64,000 bases of DNA from Eledone cirrhosa. Its lineage: Eukaryota. The notes beneath the pieces were generated by a model that was not told the origin of the DNA, searched no databases, and saw only the letters and a program-made list of their open reading frames with translations. The position numbers and the translations under genes are program-made. How positions within the stretch are numbered: position 1 is the first letter of the stretch; each line of letters starts with the position of its first letter. The stretch spans positions 340,752,001 through 340,816,000 of the forward strand of contig OZ024740.1 in the NCBI GenBank assembly GCA_964016885.1, read 5' to 3'. Below, piece after piece: positions 1 to 12,791 of this stretch.

Positions 1-415
1 ATGGCTGCAACTCGATTTCGAGTAATGCCATCGCTTGATACTTAAGCTTGGATGTGACTTTTTAGTCCTGCTAGGGACTTGCCTATGGCCAGCAATATCA
101 TGCATCACAAAAAAATGTCACATATCACATATCTCTCATCATCGTTTAATGTCCATTTTCCACACTTGGATGGGTTAGACAGGTTGTCATGGTATGAGAC
201 AAGTCAGGTCAGGTTACCATGCTCATACTGATCTGTATTTTGGCTTTGTTTTTACAGCTGGATGCGCTTCCAAACACCAACCACATTATTGTGTGGACTA
301 GGTGTTTTTTATTGTGGAATCAAAATGACCATCTAACAGGGTGAATTGGGTGGTTTTTCATTGTGTTACCTGCACGACCATTGTACAGGGTAGACTGGGC
401 ACATATATGTGTGTG

Positions 416-2730
416 TCATCATCATCATCATCACCGTTTTACGTCCGTTCTTCCACGCTAGCATGGGTTACATGGGTTGTCCTGTTGTGGGCAATGTCCA
501 GTCGGCTGACCTTGTCTTGCTCATACGGGAACTGATTCTGGCTTGATTTCTACAGCTGGATGCCCTTCCTAATACAAACCTCATTTACAGTGAGTGCTGG
601 GTGCTTTTTTGCGTGGCGCCTACACGTCCACTTTACTGTGTGGGCTGGGTGCTTTTTTGCCGTGGCACTTCCATGACCACTTTACAGTGGGAGGGGCTGC
701 GGGCATATTGTCTATATGATTCAGCTTTGAATTGTACCCATGGGAAGTTGGGTCTTCTGTATTACTGTGTGACACCAGAGGTTATGGTCATGTGTCATTG
801 CCCTTGAGAGGTGCAATTGGGTAAGGTCGGCCTTTTTCACCTCATCCCAGGTCATCTTGGGTCTCCCCACTCCGCGGTTTCCATCAACTTCTAGTGCTCT
901 GCACCTTTTTATGCAGCTGTCATCCTTCATACGCATCACATGTCCATACCAATGTAACCTCCTCTCCTGCACACAGCATTTGATTCCTCTTATGCTCAGT
1001 CTCTCTTTCAATTTGTTTATGCTATGCCATTCGCATATATTACTATTACACATCCATCGGAGCATGCAAGCTTCGTTTCTTTCTAATCTGCACAAGTCTT
1101 CTACAAACAGTGCCCAGGTCTCACTACCATGTAACATTGCTGTTCGTATGCACGCATCATACAGTCTGCCTTTCATTTTGAGGGAGAAGCCTTTTGCAGC
1201 TAGCAGTGGCAGTAGCTCCCTGAACTTCTTCCATCCTGTTCTTAGTTATTGTACTTTCTGAACACCCACCTCCGCTGCTAATTCGGTCACACAGGTAGCA
1301 AAAGGTGTCTACTGTTTCTACAGAGCCCTCCCAGAGTTTGGTGGTGCTTGTTTCCTGTGGTCGTTTGCTGCTTGCTGTCCCAGCACAGCTGCTACATATG
1401 TAGCCTACATTCTTAGTTAAACTTCCTGAGATCCCACTACATCTCTTGTGTACCCATTGTTTGCATTTGGGGCAGAGAATGGAGTTCCTACCCATACCTT
1501 TCCTACACAATGAGCAAGGCCATTTCCCTGAGGGGATCTGGGTTCTGTTTTCTCGTCTACTTACAACAACCTTAGTCTTTGTCAGGTTGACTGTGAGACC
1601 CTTTCTTTCTAGTCCCTGCTTCCATGTTTGGAATTTCTTCTCTAGTTCCACCATGGATTCAGCTATAAGTTCCTCGCTATAGTCATTGCTAACTCTAACT
1701 TTGCTGAATGCTCATCTATACATGGTTTGTACAGCTTTCACAAGCCATTCATCTACTCCTAGTTTTCTAAGAGCCCACCAGATTATAGCACGGGGCACTC
1801 TGCCAAAGGCTTTCTCCAGATCGACAAATGCCAGGTAGAGCGGCTTACTTTTAGCTAGGTACTTTTTTTACTGTCTTAGGCATTGAGTAGAATATCTTTA
1901 AACCTGTTACTGACTGAGGGGTCTTTCAGCTTCCAGATCTTTCTTCTCCAGGTTGCCTTCTGTTTCCAAGTTTCTCTAGTTTTGACAGCGAGGTCGCTGA
2001 CAACTAAGTTATGTTGGGAGGTACATTCCTCACCAGGGAAGGCTTTTGTGTTTACAACCGTCCATCTATCATGCCCTCTGATGAGGATAAAATCTATCTG
2101 ACTAGAATGCTCCTCTGATCTATAGGTGATCAGATGGTTGTCAGGTTTTTTAAAGTTTGTGTTACATATCGACATGTCATTGGCATCGCAGAATTCCAGA
2201 AGCCTGAATCCTATTTCATTTCCTGTGCCAACCCCATGGCCTCCACGGACTCTATTGAAGCCATCACGGTGTTTACCTATGTGTACCTTTAAAATCTCCT
2301 GCAATGATTAGGAAGTCATTGTCACTTGTTAGGGCAGTAGTGTGCATTAGGGACTCGTAAAACCTATCCTTAAGTTCGTCTGGCAACCTCGATTGGGGTG
2401 CGTAAGCTGATACTATTGTGGCAATTGTTTTATTAGTCTGAGTTTGATGATTCTTGCATTCACCCTGTTCACTGAGATTACCTTATCAACCCATTTGTCA
2501 GCTAATAGTATACCTACCCCTCCCATCCCGTTGTCATTTCCCATAGGACTCTAGTGGACTCTCCTTTCCATCTAGGCTCTTGCACACAGCATACATCAAT
2601 TTCCTTTCGCTCTAGCATCTCTACAATTTCTCCTGCTCTTCCTTTCATTGTGTTTATATTGATGGTTCCAGCTCGTAGGTTGGAGGGAAATTTTGAGGAG
2701 GGGGAGGGGCGTATGCATCCTCTGTGTGTA
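416..2730 (-). mobile_element. RTE-clade LINE (lineage A), degenerate and internally deleted, with endonuclease, RT and 3' UTR
   Basis: Minus-strand ORF pieces show APE endonuclease motifs (EIVEMLERKEIDVCCVQE, YAPQ, QIDFIL) and RT motifs (AFVDLEKAF, MLHGSETW, RRLHWYGHVMR). The 3' end has a (GAT)n tail at about 416-433. Stops and deletions are present. Confidence 0.93.
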
Positions 2731-2999
2731 TATATATAGTGTGGAAGATAGACGTTAAATGATGATGATGATGATGATGATATATATATGTATACATATA
2801 AAAATGACTTCTACAGGACTAGAACTGTTTCTCTCTCTCTCTATATATAATAAAGATGCCTATACTCTACCAACATATGGCATACCTTCTTTACCTATGT
2901 TTATACCTCAACACATATTGGGAATCTACACATATATATGTGTGTGTGTGTGTGTGTGTGAGTGTGTATTTCCCATGGGAAGAAATGATGTTAGGGAGA

Positions 3000-3290
3000 C
3001 AAATGTGTGCAGAGTAGAGTCACATACGTTCATGCACACGTGTGGTTTTTGGTGAGCTTACAGGATTTGTCAGTCATTTTCAGACAATCTTTGTGTGAGA
3101 TGTGGTATACTTACTCGTATTTCGTCCAATGTTACCAACAAGGATCATGAGTTGCTGAATACTGTAACAACTGGAGATGGCAACTTATGCATACTGGCAT
3201 TACCTGGAAACCAAAACTATCAGTGAGTCCTCCTGCTTGTGATGTAGTTTCATGCAAAAGACTGAATCTGTGGGCTTCACAAAACTGACA
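3000..3290 (+). mobile_element. Degenerate mariner transposase remnant
   Basis: Reads DHELLNTVTTGD and then, after a frameshift, Y..LETK..S. This resembles the mariner FL..IITGDETW..YDPETK..S segment. Heavily decayed. Confidence 0.5.
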
Positions 3291-3402
3291 TCTGTGTTTC
3301 TTGAGTTTGATGCTAATATATATTAGCATCAAACTCAGGAATCACATGTTTACAAAGTGAACTTTTGAAATACATAGCCATACCTCCATCTATATATATT
3401 GG

Positions 3403-4122
3403 GATAGCAGGCAAATTAACAGGAAGAGAAAATTTCATATGTGGTAGATGTTCAGGGAAATTTGATAGTAGTAGTATCAGAGATAGGCACATTTTTCAAA
3501 TGCAGGTAGGATCTATAGCGGTGGTTGATAGCTTCTGATACCTAGGTGATTAAATTAGCCAGGGAGAAGGATGCTCAATAAGCCATAGTATCTAGAATAA
3601 GGACAGGATGAAAGAAGTTTAGGGACCTGCTTCCTCTGTTGACAACAAAGGGTTTCTATCTATGAACGAAAGGTCTGTTATATGCCTGTGTGAGATGCGT
3701 GATGCTGCATGGTAGTGAGACATGGGCAGCAACTGTGGAGGATATACAATGGCTGGAGAGAAATGAAGCAAGCATGCTCCGATGGATGTGTAATGTCAAT
3801 GTACGTGAACGACCAAGCATAGATGAGTTGAGAGTGAAACTGTGTATAAGAGGGATAAACTGTAGCATGCGGGAGAGAAGACTGAGTTGGTATGGCCATG
3901 TGATGTGCATGGAAGATGACAGCTGGGTGAAGATGTGCCAAGAAATCCCGGTGGAAGGAAGACCACGAAAAATATGGGCAAAGGTGGTGAGAGCAGACCT
4001 CAGATTGCTGAAGCTCACGGACGAGATGACGAGGGACCGTGACGAATGGAGAGATGCTGTGCTGAAGAGGACCTGTCCCACCCTTGCAAGCAGGGAAAAG
4101 CGGACATAAAATGATGATGATG

Positions 4123-4125
<3 letters not shown>
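3403..4125 (+). mobile_element. RTE-clade LINE 3' fragment (lineage C)
   Basis: ORF 3690-4109 contains MLHGSETW and RERRLSWYGHV and GRPRKIW. It ends in cccacccttgcaagcagggaaaagcggacataaaa(tga)n, followed by (AT)n. Confidence 0.9.
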
Positions 4126-4160
<35 letters not shown>

Positions 4161-4223
4161 GAGAGAGAGAAAGAGAAAGAGAGGGGTAAAATCCTGACTG
4201 CAGCGGTAATTTATATAGGTAAA

Positions 4224-4385
4224 GTTATGGCTATATAATTCAAAAGTTCACTTTGCAAACATGTGGTTCCTGAGTTTGATGCTACTGCACAGCACCTTGG
4301 ACAAGTGTCTTTTACCATAGCTTCTGTTTGATTAAAACTCTGAGAGGAATTTAGTAGATAGAAACTGTGTGGAAGCCTTTTGTAT
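4224..4385 (+). mobile_element. Old tRNA-derived SINE remnant
   Basis: Decayed tRNA-like head followed by gcaccttggacaagtgtcttttaccatagc. Related fragments occur at about 10890-10990, 33030-33170 (minus) and 62655-62730. Confidence 0.6.
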
Positions 4386-4557
4386 ATGTGTGCATGCATT
4401 TTTTGCTGATATAGTCAAAGAATGTAAACATGTATGATAGAAATCAACACTTTTTGAATGAAGTATTTATTGACCCTTTTGATATCAAACTGCTTGGAAT
4501 TGTCCAGCTTCTAAAATATTTTAAAGAGTTCATATTTATATTAAAACCTTCCATCAT

Positions 4558-4727
4558 AGGCAGTATTGGTAGAGAGTCGGATGCCATGCGTTGCAGCAAA
4601 GAGTTACGGCCCTTTATAGTCTGAGTTCAAATCCCGCCGAGGTTAACTTTGTCTTTCATCCTTACAGGGTCGATAAAATAAAGCACCAGGATAATTGCTG
4701 GCCTTGTGCCAAAAGTAGAAACAATTA
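4558..4727 (+). mobile_element. SINE family 2 copy
   Basis: Matches the 63710-63895 element, with B box gagttcaaatcc, central tttcatccttacagggtcgataaaataaag and tail ctggccttgtgccaaaagtagaaacaatt. Confidence 0.85.
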
Positions 4728-5094
4728 TTTTAGAATTTTTTGTTAAGTAATGTTCCAAACATCAATTTACTAAAGAAAAAAATTGATATTTTGCTAAATC
4801 CTTCAATATTTTTTGTTATTTTCAAAATCAATTGAAACACATTGGTAATGTTTTTCATTAGAAATACGCTAAGGAAAAGGTTAATGATGGTTCTACATTG
4901 TGTCATCCAGATATACTCTTGTCATACTTGATGTGAGAAAGATAGAGAACTAGTGACTGGTCTGTAGGATTAGTCTGTAACCAACAATGCTAATATTTAC
5001 AAATGATAGTATAGAATAAATAATAAATAAGTACAGAACGATGAAGTATCAGGTCTTATATTTATTGACTGACAGAGTAGCCTTTCTACATTCA

Positions 5095-5303
5095 TTAACC
5101 CTTTAGCATTTACATTACTCTATATTTACTATTATATTTTCATGGTAAAGGCTTTACGTTACATAATATCTCACATAATATCGAATCTATGAGATTTTGA
5201 TATTTATTTTGAGAACAACACCTTAATATCAGTATGAGTAGCAAGTTAAGGCCAGTTTAAATAGAAAGAGATGAGAGAATTCTGGCCGGTTTAAAGGCTA
5301 AAG
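5095..5303 (+). mobile_element. piggyBac-type MITE (family 1), right end clipped
   Basis: Starts TTAA-CCCTTTAGC and ends GCTAAAG. The internal sequence matches the copies at 7829, 12042 and 15018. Confidence 0.75.
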
Positions 5304-5344
5304 ATGGTGTGATAGTAAAAATTGACTTTTTAATGAAGAACGGA

Positions 5345-5624
5345 AGCAGAGATGTGTGACTTAGTGATAAAGGTGTTGGACTTATGATCATAATGTTGTG
5401 GGTTCGATTCATGGGCTGTGCTGTGTGTTGTGCTCTTGAGCAAAACACTTCATTTCATGTTGCTTCAATATACTCAGCTGAAAATGAGTACAAGCAGTAA
5501 CTGAGGGTTTAACCCGGCGGTTTAACTGCCCAGGGGGGAGTCTTGCACTCTGAGTCGCTTCACATCACGTAATGAGGATAAGCACCGGCCTGATGAGCCT
5601 CCGGGCTTGAGACAGACTTTAAAC
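5345..5624 (+). mobile_element. Older tRNA-derived SINE
   Basis: Has an A-box-like tgacttagtg, a B box ggttcgattc, a core ctcttgagcaaaacacttcatttc and a tail gatgagcctccgggcttgagacagactt. Reverse-oriented tail fragments occur at about 6998-7075 and 14375-14535. Confidence 0.7.
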
Positions 5625-6450
5625 TAGACAGGAAGGGAAGAGCAATAAGACTAGTTAGAGTGAGAGCCATAGGTATTCTCAAAGTGGTAACTTGGTCCAG
5701 GTACATTCCACCAAAATGGGCTCTGCTAATGGCACCTTAAGGCCATGTGGCAGAGTTAAATGAGATGATGAATAAACTTGACTACCCAAGTAGGTCACAT
5801 TGAGATTTGGAGTTAGGACACTAAGAGCTGGAACAGATATATCAAGAATATATCTGATGCTCTAAGAATTGCACCCATTCACCATTCTGGACTGGTACCT
5901 TATTGGACTTTGAAAAGATGAAAGGTAAATTCGACATTGGCAGTTTTGAACTCAGAGTGCAAACAGCCAGAACAAATACTGCAAGATATTTTGTCCTACA
6001 CTCCTTCGGAGGAACACCATTTTGTATTTGCAATTGTATTCTTTTGGTCCTTATCCAAGATTCACGAGCAAAGGTAAGGGTTGGTTCAAATACTAAATTG
6101 AATGCTGGTAACTGAATGATGAAGCTAGCTCATTACTGTGCCAATTTCTGCAGTTCTTGATAGAGTGTGGAGCTCAAAGATCAGGGAGTCATTCCAGGTA
6201 GAGCCACCACATCTCCGATACTATGGACATGTAGTTGGAATGTCTAAGGAAAGAATTGTTGGCAGGAGAACCAGGGGTAGACCCTGAGCAAGATGGTTAG
6301 ATAACATCCATAAACTTGGCTAGTCTCACTTGGGGATCCAGCCAGATCAATTGGAGACAATTGTTTTTGACAGGACCTGCTGGAAGACATGATTGAAAAC
6401 TCTGTCCCCATGACCCTCCCAGGAATAAGTGAGCTAAGAAAAGACATATA

Positions 6451-6648
6451 CAAGGGTTGGTTGAAAAGTTCATAAGATGACCAAGATACTCTCATGGAAT
6501 GACCAAATGAGGTTTATTTTTCAACATAGTCCCTGGAAAGAAACAATGCAACTATTAATAAGAAGAGTTGAAATTAATGCATACAAGATTTCACAGCTCT
6601 AGCATCACTCCTTCATAGTCAGCCTATGAACTTTTCCGTTGAAACTCG
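6451..6648. mobile_element. Tc1/mariner-type MITE
   Basis: TA-flanked imperfect TIRs: caagggttggttgaaaagttcata on the left and tatgaacttttccgttgaaactcg on the right. Confidence 0.6.
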
Positions 6649-6790
6649 TATTGACTGATGAAGTATATTTGTTTTTATTAGTGATCTATATATTGATGCA
6701 TGGAATAGCTGTATACCAGATGTTGTTTTATGTAGTATTAATGTCCTATATACTGACTGATGGAATATTCTATAGTATTCTGTATACTGA

Positions 6791-6996
6791 CCCTATAAGG
6801 TGGTCATGCATGACACAAGAGGCTCCCAATTGTAAGGTGGTTGTGCTGGTGACACAACAAAATGTACCCAGTTCACCCTGTAGGGTGATCATGCTGGTGG
6901 TATGACAAAAAGGTGCCCAGTTCACCCTGTAAAGGGATCATGCTTGTAACACGACAAAAGGTGCCCAATCTGCCCTGTAAGGTGGTCATGCTGGTC
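6791..6996 (+). repeat. About 49-bp tandem repeat, 4 units, related to the RTE 3' UTR repeat unit
   Basis: Recurring cctgtaaggtggtcatgctggt..acgacaaaaggtgcccagttca at about 6830, 6877, 6926 and 6974. A similar array lies at about 46850-47060. Confidence 0.75.
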
Positions 6997-7828
6997 TAAA
7001 AGTCTGTCTCATGCCTGGAGGCTCATCAAGCCAGTGCTTACCCTAGTTTCTTTGGCATTAAGTGACTGAGAGTACATGGCTAGTACTATATAATGACAGA
7101 GGGCGTATCAGTTCCCTACACAGTCAGCCTAATTCTTATAAAGCTATCAATATTTGAAATGGTAGACTACTAGAAGTAATTGGTAGTTTAGGTAACACTG
7201 GTAAATTACTGGTGTATGAATTATAAAAGTACAGTTGTATGAATTATAATATAGTTCAGTAGATTGGATATAGAATATATAAGATAAAATAAGTTTGAAT
7301 AATGCCTGCAATTGGTGGAGAAAACAATTGAATTATTAAATGATTTAGGTTTTTGAAACATTCAAATAGATAAGAATTGGGGCATCCAACACACATTGTA
7401 AAGTAGTTGGCGAAGGAAGAGCATTCAGCTATAGAAAGTTCGCCAAACAAAGGGTCAGAAGGACCCTTCAGCTGTGTCAAAGATGTAACAACCTTCCTAG
7501 AGCTGGTATCATGATAAAATGCATTTGATAGAGCATGAAATCGTATGTAAGCGAGATGTAGGTTCCCGACTCATCTGATAGGTCAATAACCCAGTTTGAG
7601 TACTGACTCAGTCCGTGAAGACTCGTCTAACCCTTGCTAACAGAGAAAACAGATGTTAAAAATGATGATGTGTATAAATGTTTGAGTTTGTTAGTTAATA
7701 TTTGGAACAGAAGTCATAAACACCAACTTAAGATTTTAGCTAAATAAGATACAGGTATGTAAAAGTTTAAAAGAAGCATGTGAGAACACCATTTTATCCT
7801 AAACTTATAGTTGAAAAGGAAATATTGA

Positions 7829-8016
7829 TTAACGCTTTAGCATTTACATTAGTCTATATTTATTATTGTATTTTCACGGTAAAGGCTTTTTCTCATATAA
7901 TATCTCACATTTTGAGAACAATACATCAGTATGAGCGACTGGTTACAGCTAGTTTAAACAGAAAGAAGTGAGAGAATTCTGGCCAGATACAACCAGTTTA
8001 AATGCTAAAGGGTTAA
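7829..8016 (+). mobile_element. piggyBac-type MITE (family 1)
   Basis: TTAA-CGCTTTAGCATTTA ... TAAATGCTAAAGGG-TTAA, giving TIRs plus a TTAA TSD. Confidence 0.85.
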
Positions 8017-10379
8017 AGGGTGATAAAACATTTTCTTTGACTCAAAATATGATAGTTTTTTTCTTTTCTTTTCACTTGTAAACAGATAATAAATTTTACC
8101 CTTTTACAATTATGGATGATAAAATGGTCTTTAGTGAGTTTATACACTTTCCAGAACTATTTCTTAACTTCTTGAGAAATGATTAACACTACGAATTTAG
8201 TTTGTTTAGTTGTTGGTTGAATCTGTGAATATCTTGACAGATTATTTTACCCTAACTACACAGAAGAGGAAATGTCAAGGGAGCTGTTTATGTTTCTTTT
8301 CTTCAGTTTGATAATCCAGAAAGCACAAATAATTTGTTATTTTTTTTAGACTGGCACATAGATAGATCTTCTCACTGGTGGGAAGGGCTGCAAATTAATA
8401 TCTGCATTTCAACATTTTCAACAGCTTGATTTTGCTTATATCTTTAACATGAAAATGACGGCATATGAAGTTTAGATTCAATTGTTTCATGGAATTATTT
8501 ATTAACATCAGATGAAATAGGATCTTTCTCAGTGATAGAAAAATATTTAATAAAAGTGTTAGATAAAGAAGAATGTCTATAATGATCTGAGATATTACGA
8601 AATTAATGAAATAAAAAAGAAGGAATAAATACGGTTAAATCTAAAAAATTCTACTTGTGTAATACTTTCAATCAAAATGAAATTAAAAGAATTCTCGTTT
8701 TAAGAACTTCAGTTGCAGAATAATTAGCTATCTGTTCACAAACTGAATAATAATCCTATTAATGAGAACACTCCTTCCACCTACTCTTTTTCTGCTAGTT
8801 CTAAAATGGTTTTATTATCAGAATACTATTCATCTTTCTTATTTACTTCAGCTTTTTGAGAATCTCTAGTGAGTGCAAAGATTTTAAGGTAGGAACAATG
8901 CAAACGTCTATGTCACTCTTATACTGGTTTTAGTGTTAGTCAGTTGACACTGATACACTGTTGAGATTCCTGTAAGTCAAAGAAACATCCTGCTATAGAG
9001 CTAGAAAAGACAAAGATGCTATTCATGACTGAGGAAGGAATGTTAATGTTGGTCTGGATGGCAGTTCCTCATGTCAACATTTACACTTCTTTACATATCT
9101 GCCTTAGATTTACTGTTGACATTATAAATAGAAAATAAAAACAATATAACATCTATTTTCAATAGAAATTTAGACTTCTCTATTCTAACCAATGACCTGT
9201 AACTGTTTATAGAATTTAGTATTAATATAACTTCTAGTCATGAATGTTTGGTACAGATGTAGTTATTCTCTTCACTATCATATTTCTAATGACAGACACT
9301 ACCTAAGATTTTCAATTAATAATGAAAATAATCAAGAGTTAAAAGGAATTCAGGAAAATAAACTTTCTCATTATTAAGCCACTGTTTGGAACATAACAAA
9401 GGTTCTTATATAAAATTATGATGGAAAGTTTTTAGATAGATATTAACACTTTAAAAAAAAAATTCTGCATCATAAAACAGGGATGGTTTCAGGTGGTTTG
9501 GCATTAAAAAGGCTAATTCAACTAATTCAATAAATAGATATCAGATCTTTTCAGAAAGTTTCTCTGAACTAAGCCAGGCATAGATTTCTCTTGACAGTTT
9601 CTCATTACCACATGCCGTGATCTCTCAATTCAGAGAAGTAGCGGCTCTACTTGGAGTGACTTTCTGATCTCTGAGCTACATACTTTATTGAGTAATGTTA
9701 CTCCAAAGACCTTCAGAGGAACCCCATTTCAGCCATTTGTATTCACATGTGGTTAGAATGTCTCAGGAAACAGCTGGCAGGATGATTGGATAACATCCAT
9801 GAGCTTCGCTGGCCTTGCTTGGAGATCCAGCCAGATCAGTTGGAGACAGTTGCTTCTCACAGAACCTGCTGGAAGGAGTGTTTGAGAACTCTGCCCCCAA
9901 GACCCTCTCAGGAATAAGTGGGCGAAGAAGTTTCTCATTACAACATCTAATAGTATTACAACTTACGAAAGATTTATTTATGAATATTTACATTGGTCAA
10001 TGTTGTTAGGATATTTTTGTAAACTTTTCAAATATTGTATTTCCAGAATTAGTTAGTCTGGAAAAAAAGGGAAGCATCTGATATTGTCTAGTCTGAAATC
10101 CTACAAGCAGGTGATTGCAATGACAATTCAAGAAGACTATGTTTAAGTGGGGGCCACATGTTTGTTGAGAATATGAAGAATCAAAGACTCATCCAAATTA
10201 AAAATAAATATTTCTAGATGTTTGTAATATTTTTTACTGGATATTTGAAAGCATTCGATGAGGCATTTAATAAAAGAATACACCTAGAAGACTCAATTTG
10301 ATATCTATGATAAATTTCCTGTGATACACCACACAAGTTAACTTTAAATGTCCTAGTAACACATTTATTTTATGACTGG

Positions 10380-10410
<31 letters not shown>

Positions 10411-12041
10411 TTTTATGTCCACTTTTCTATTTTTGTATAAGTTGGATGAGTCCTTTCTATCACAGCTTCCCTCCACTAATAGCATTCCTTCATGATCTCC
10501 ATTGCAAGCTTCAGTATTTTGAGATTAGCTTAAACCCTATCTGCCCAGATTTTTCTTCATCTTCTTTCCACTGCCACTTCTTCAGAAGTATTATTGAAAT
10601 AATCCAGCCAAAGGGAATTTGTTGTGAGATCTTATGTAAATGCTTATATTTGTACATCTAGCCAACCCATGTCAACATGAGATGTAGAATAGAAAAAAAA
10701 CAAAAAAAAACTCAGTTATATGCTTGATCCTGAAGAATATGTTTAGTAAACAGTATTTCCAGTGAAAAGATTGGTTAGATATTTTGAAATGGATAAGCTA
10801 TGAAATTTGGAACCCTGTAAGTTGTAATAAAAGTAAGAATATGGCATCCAAATATGATAAAATGGTATGTTTATTAGTCACAAGAATATTTGTGGGGTTA
10901 AGAAGTTCATTTTGCAGACACATAGTTTTGTGTCCAATCCCACTGCATGGAACTTTGGGCAAGTATTATCGACCATAGTCTTGGAGGAAACAGAGTGAAA
11001 GATTGCCAGATCTAAGTATATAATAATAATGGATTCCTTGCAGTACTTAGTTTCAACAGAGTTATGTATCTTTATGTCAAGGTCAACTTGTCTTTTGACA
11101 AAGTATGGTAGATGATAATTATAACTCTTGAAGGCAAAGTAACAGTCCTAAGACTGAAACCAGTATACCTGTAGTGTAGAAAATCCTTACTGAATTAATA
11201 CTTCCTTGTAGAACTATCATATTTATTCATATAATGCTCATTTAATTCCATTTTTTTTAAACCTGAAAGTTAGGGATATACATAATACACAAAAACTAAA
11301 TGTTACCAATTTTTCTGTGCTCCAAGGCGTGGTCTTATTCCCTACATCATGACCAGAAGTATGTTATATCTATTGTCCAAAGTAACTGATGTATAACAAC
11401 ATTTTAAATCACTATAAAATGTTACATTTTTCTATGACAGTGATAATATATTAAATGTTCATTATATTTCATTAGTATGCATTAAAAATGTTAATTTTAT
11501 GTTGTCCATATAGTAGCTGAATGTCTGACTAAATACAGCAATATTTTGCTCATGATTGTCGATATAAAGAAATCTGAAGATAAAACTAACATTAGTAACA
11601 CTAACGTTGTTTTTTGTTTTTATATAGACAGAAATTTGTATTATGAATAAATACTTATCAATTCATATATTGATAATACAGATATAACTTTACAAATAGA
11701 TACTATCTACATATGGTGCCAACACTTTCCTGACATTTGTACATTATTCTATGTATTATACATGCACCTTTGATGAATTGTAGTGCACCTACAATTATTA
11801 TTATTATTATGTCCCCCGAAATTACATGAACCACTGCTTAGAGTAGATTAAAATGATTTTTCACTTCTTGGAAATTAAAAATGCTGTTTGAATTTATCAC
11901 GATTCTGATTAAAAAGAAACATTTTTTGAATAAAAAAAAAAGCCTCATCTTGAATACTTGATGTTCAAAACATAAAAATCTGTAGACTGTTTTACAAAAA
12001 AATTGCATAATGAAATTTAGAGGGCTTTCAAAAATCCATGC

Positions 12042-12257
12042 TTAACCCTTTAGCATTTACATTACTCTATATTTACTATTATATTTTCACAGTAAAGGCT
12101 TTATCTCATATAATATTGCATCTATGAGATTTTGATATTATTTATTTTGAGAACATTACCTTAACATCAGTATGAGCAGCTGGTTATGGCCGGTTTGAAC
12201 AGAAAAAGGTGAGAGAAGTCTGGCCGGATACAGCTGGTTTAAAGGCTAAAGAGTTAA
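12042..12257 (+). mobile_element. piggyBac-type MITE (family 1)
   Basis: TTAA-CCCTTTAGC ... GCTAAAGAG-TTAA. Confidence 0.85.
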
Positions 12258-12791
12258 GCCATATTTTGTTTTCCTTTGACAACACAAATATGTGTGCATC
12301 ACTGAACAAACGTATTTAAATACTCCGTCATTATCAAAATCAAATTGATTTTCTAGAAAATTAAAATAAAACAAAGTATGACTGTGTGATTTCCACAAAG
12401 TTGACTTTTGTACATTTACAACTTACAAAGTTCAAAAGCCACTTTTGAATTTGCTTTTTGTTCTATTTAGGATGTATGGATTTTTCAAAACATTTAATCT
12501 ATTCTAAAGAATATGGCTAAACACTCCTTTTTCTATACTTTGTAATACTAAAGGAAAGTCAGTGCATATTATACAGAAGAATTATTGTTCTGGGATTTTG
12601 TTGCCTTGTAACTAGAGGTGTACATTATACATGAATGTATATTATACTCAAATAAATATGGTATACAGTTATGAGTTAAATACTTTCTAAGAAAGACATT
12701 TTACAGTAATCAGTTCTACAGCAACAAATATTCTTTTGTCACATTTTTCTCAAGTTTTACTTAGCAACCAAATATGAACCAGTAATTAATT

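Noticed and set aside
1-100. Similarity between 1-100 and about 51117-51230 (ggctgc.aactcg.tttcgagta..gtgactttt.agtcc)
   Set aside because: Probably two fragments of an unclassified dispersed repeat. Too short and truncated by the window edge to classify.
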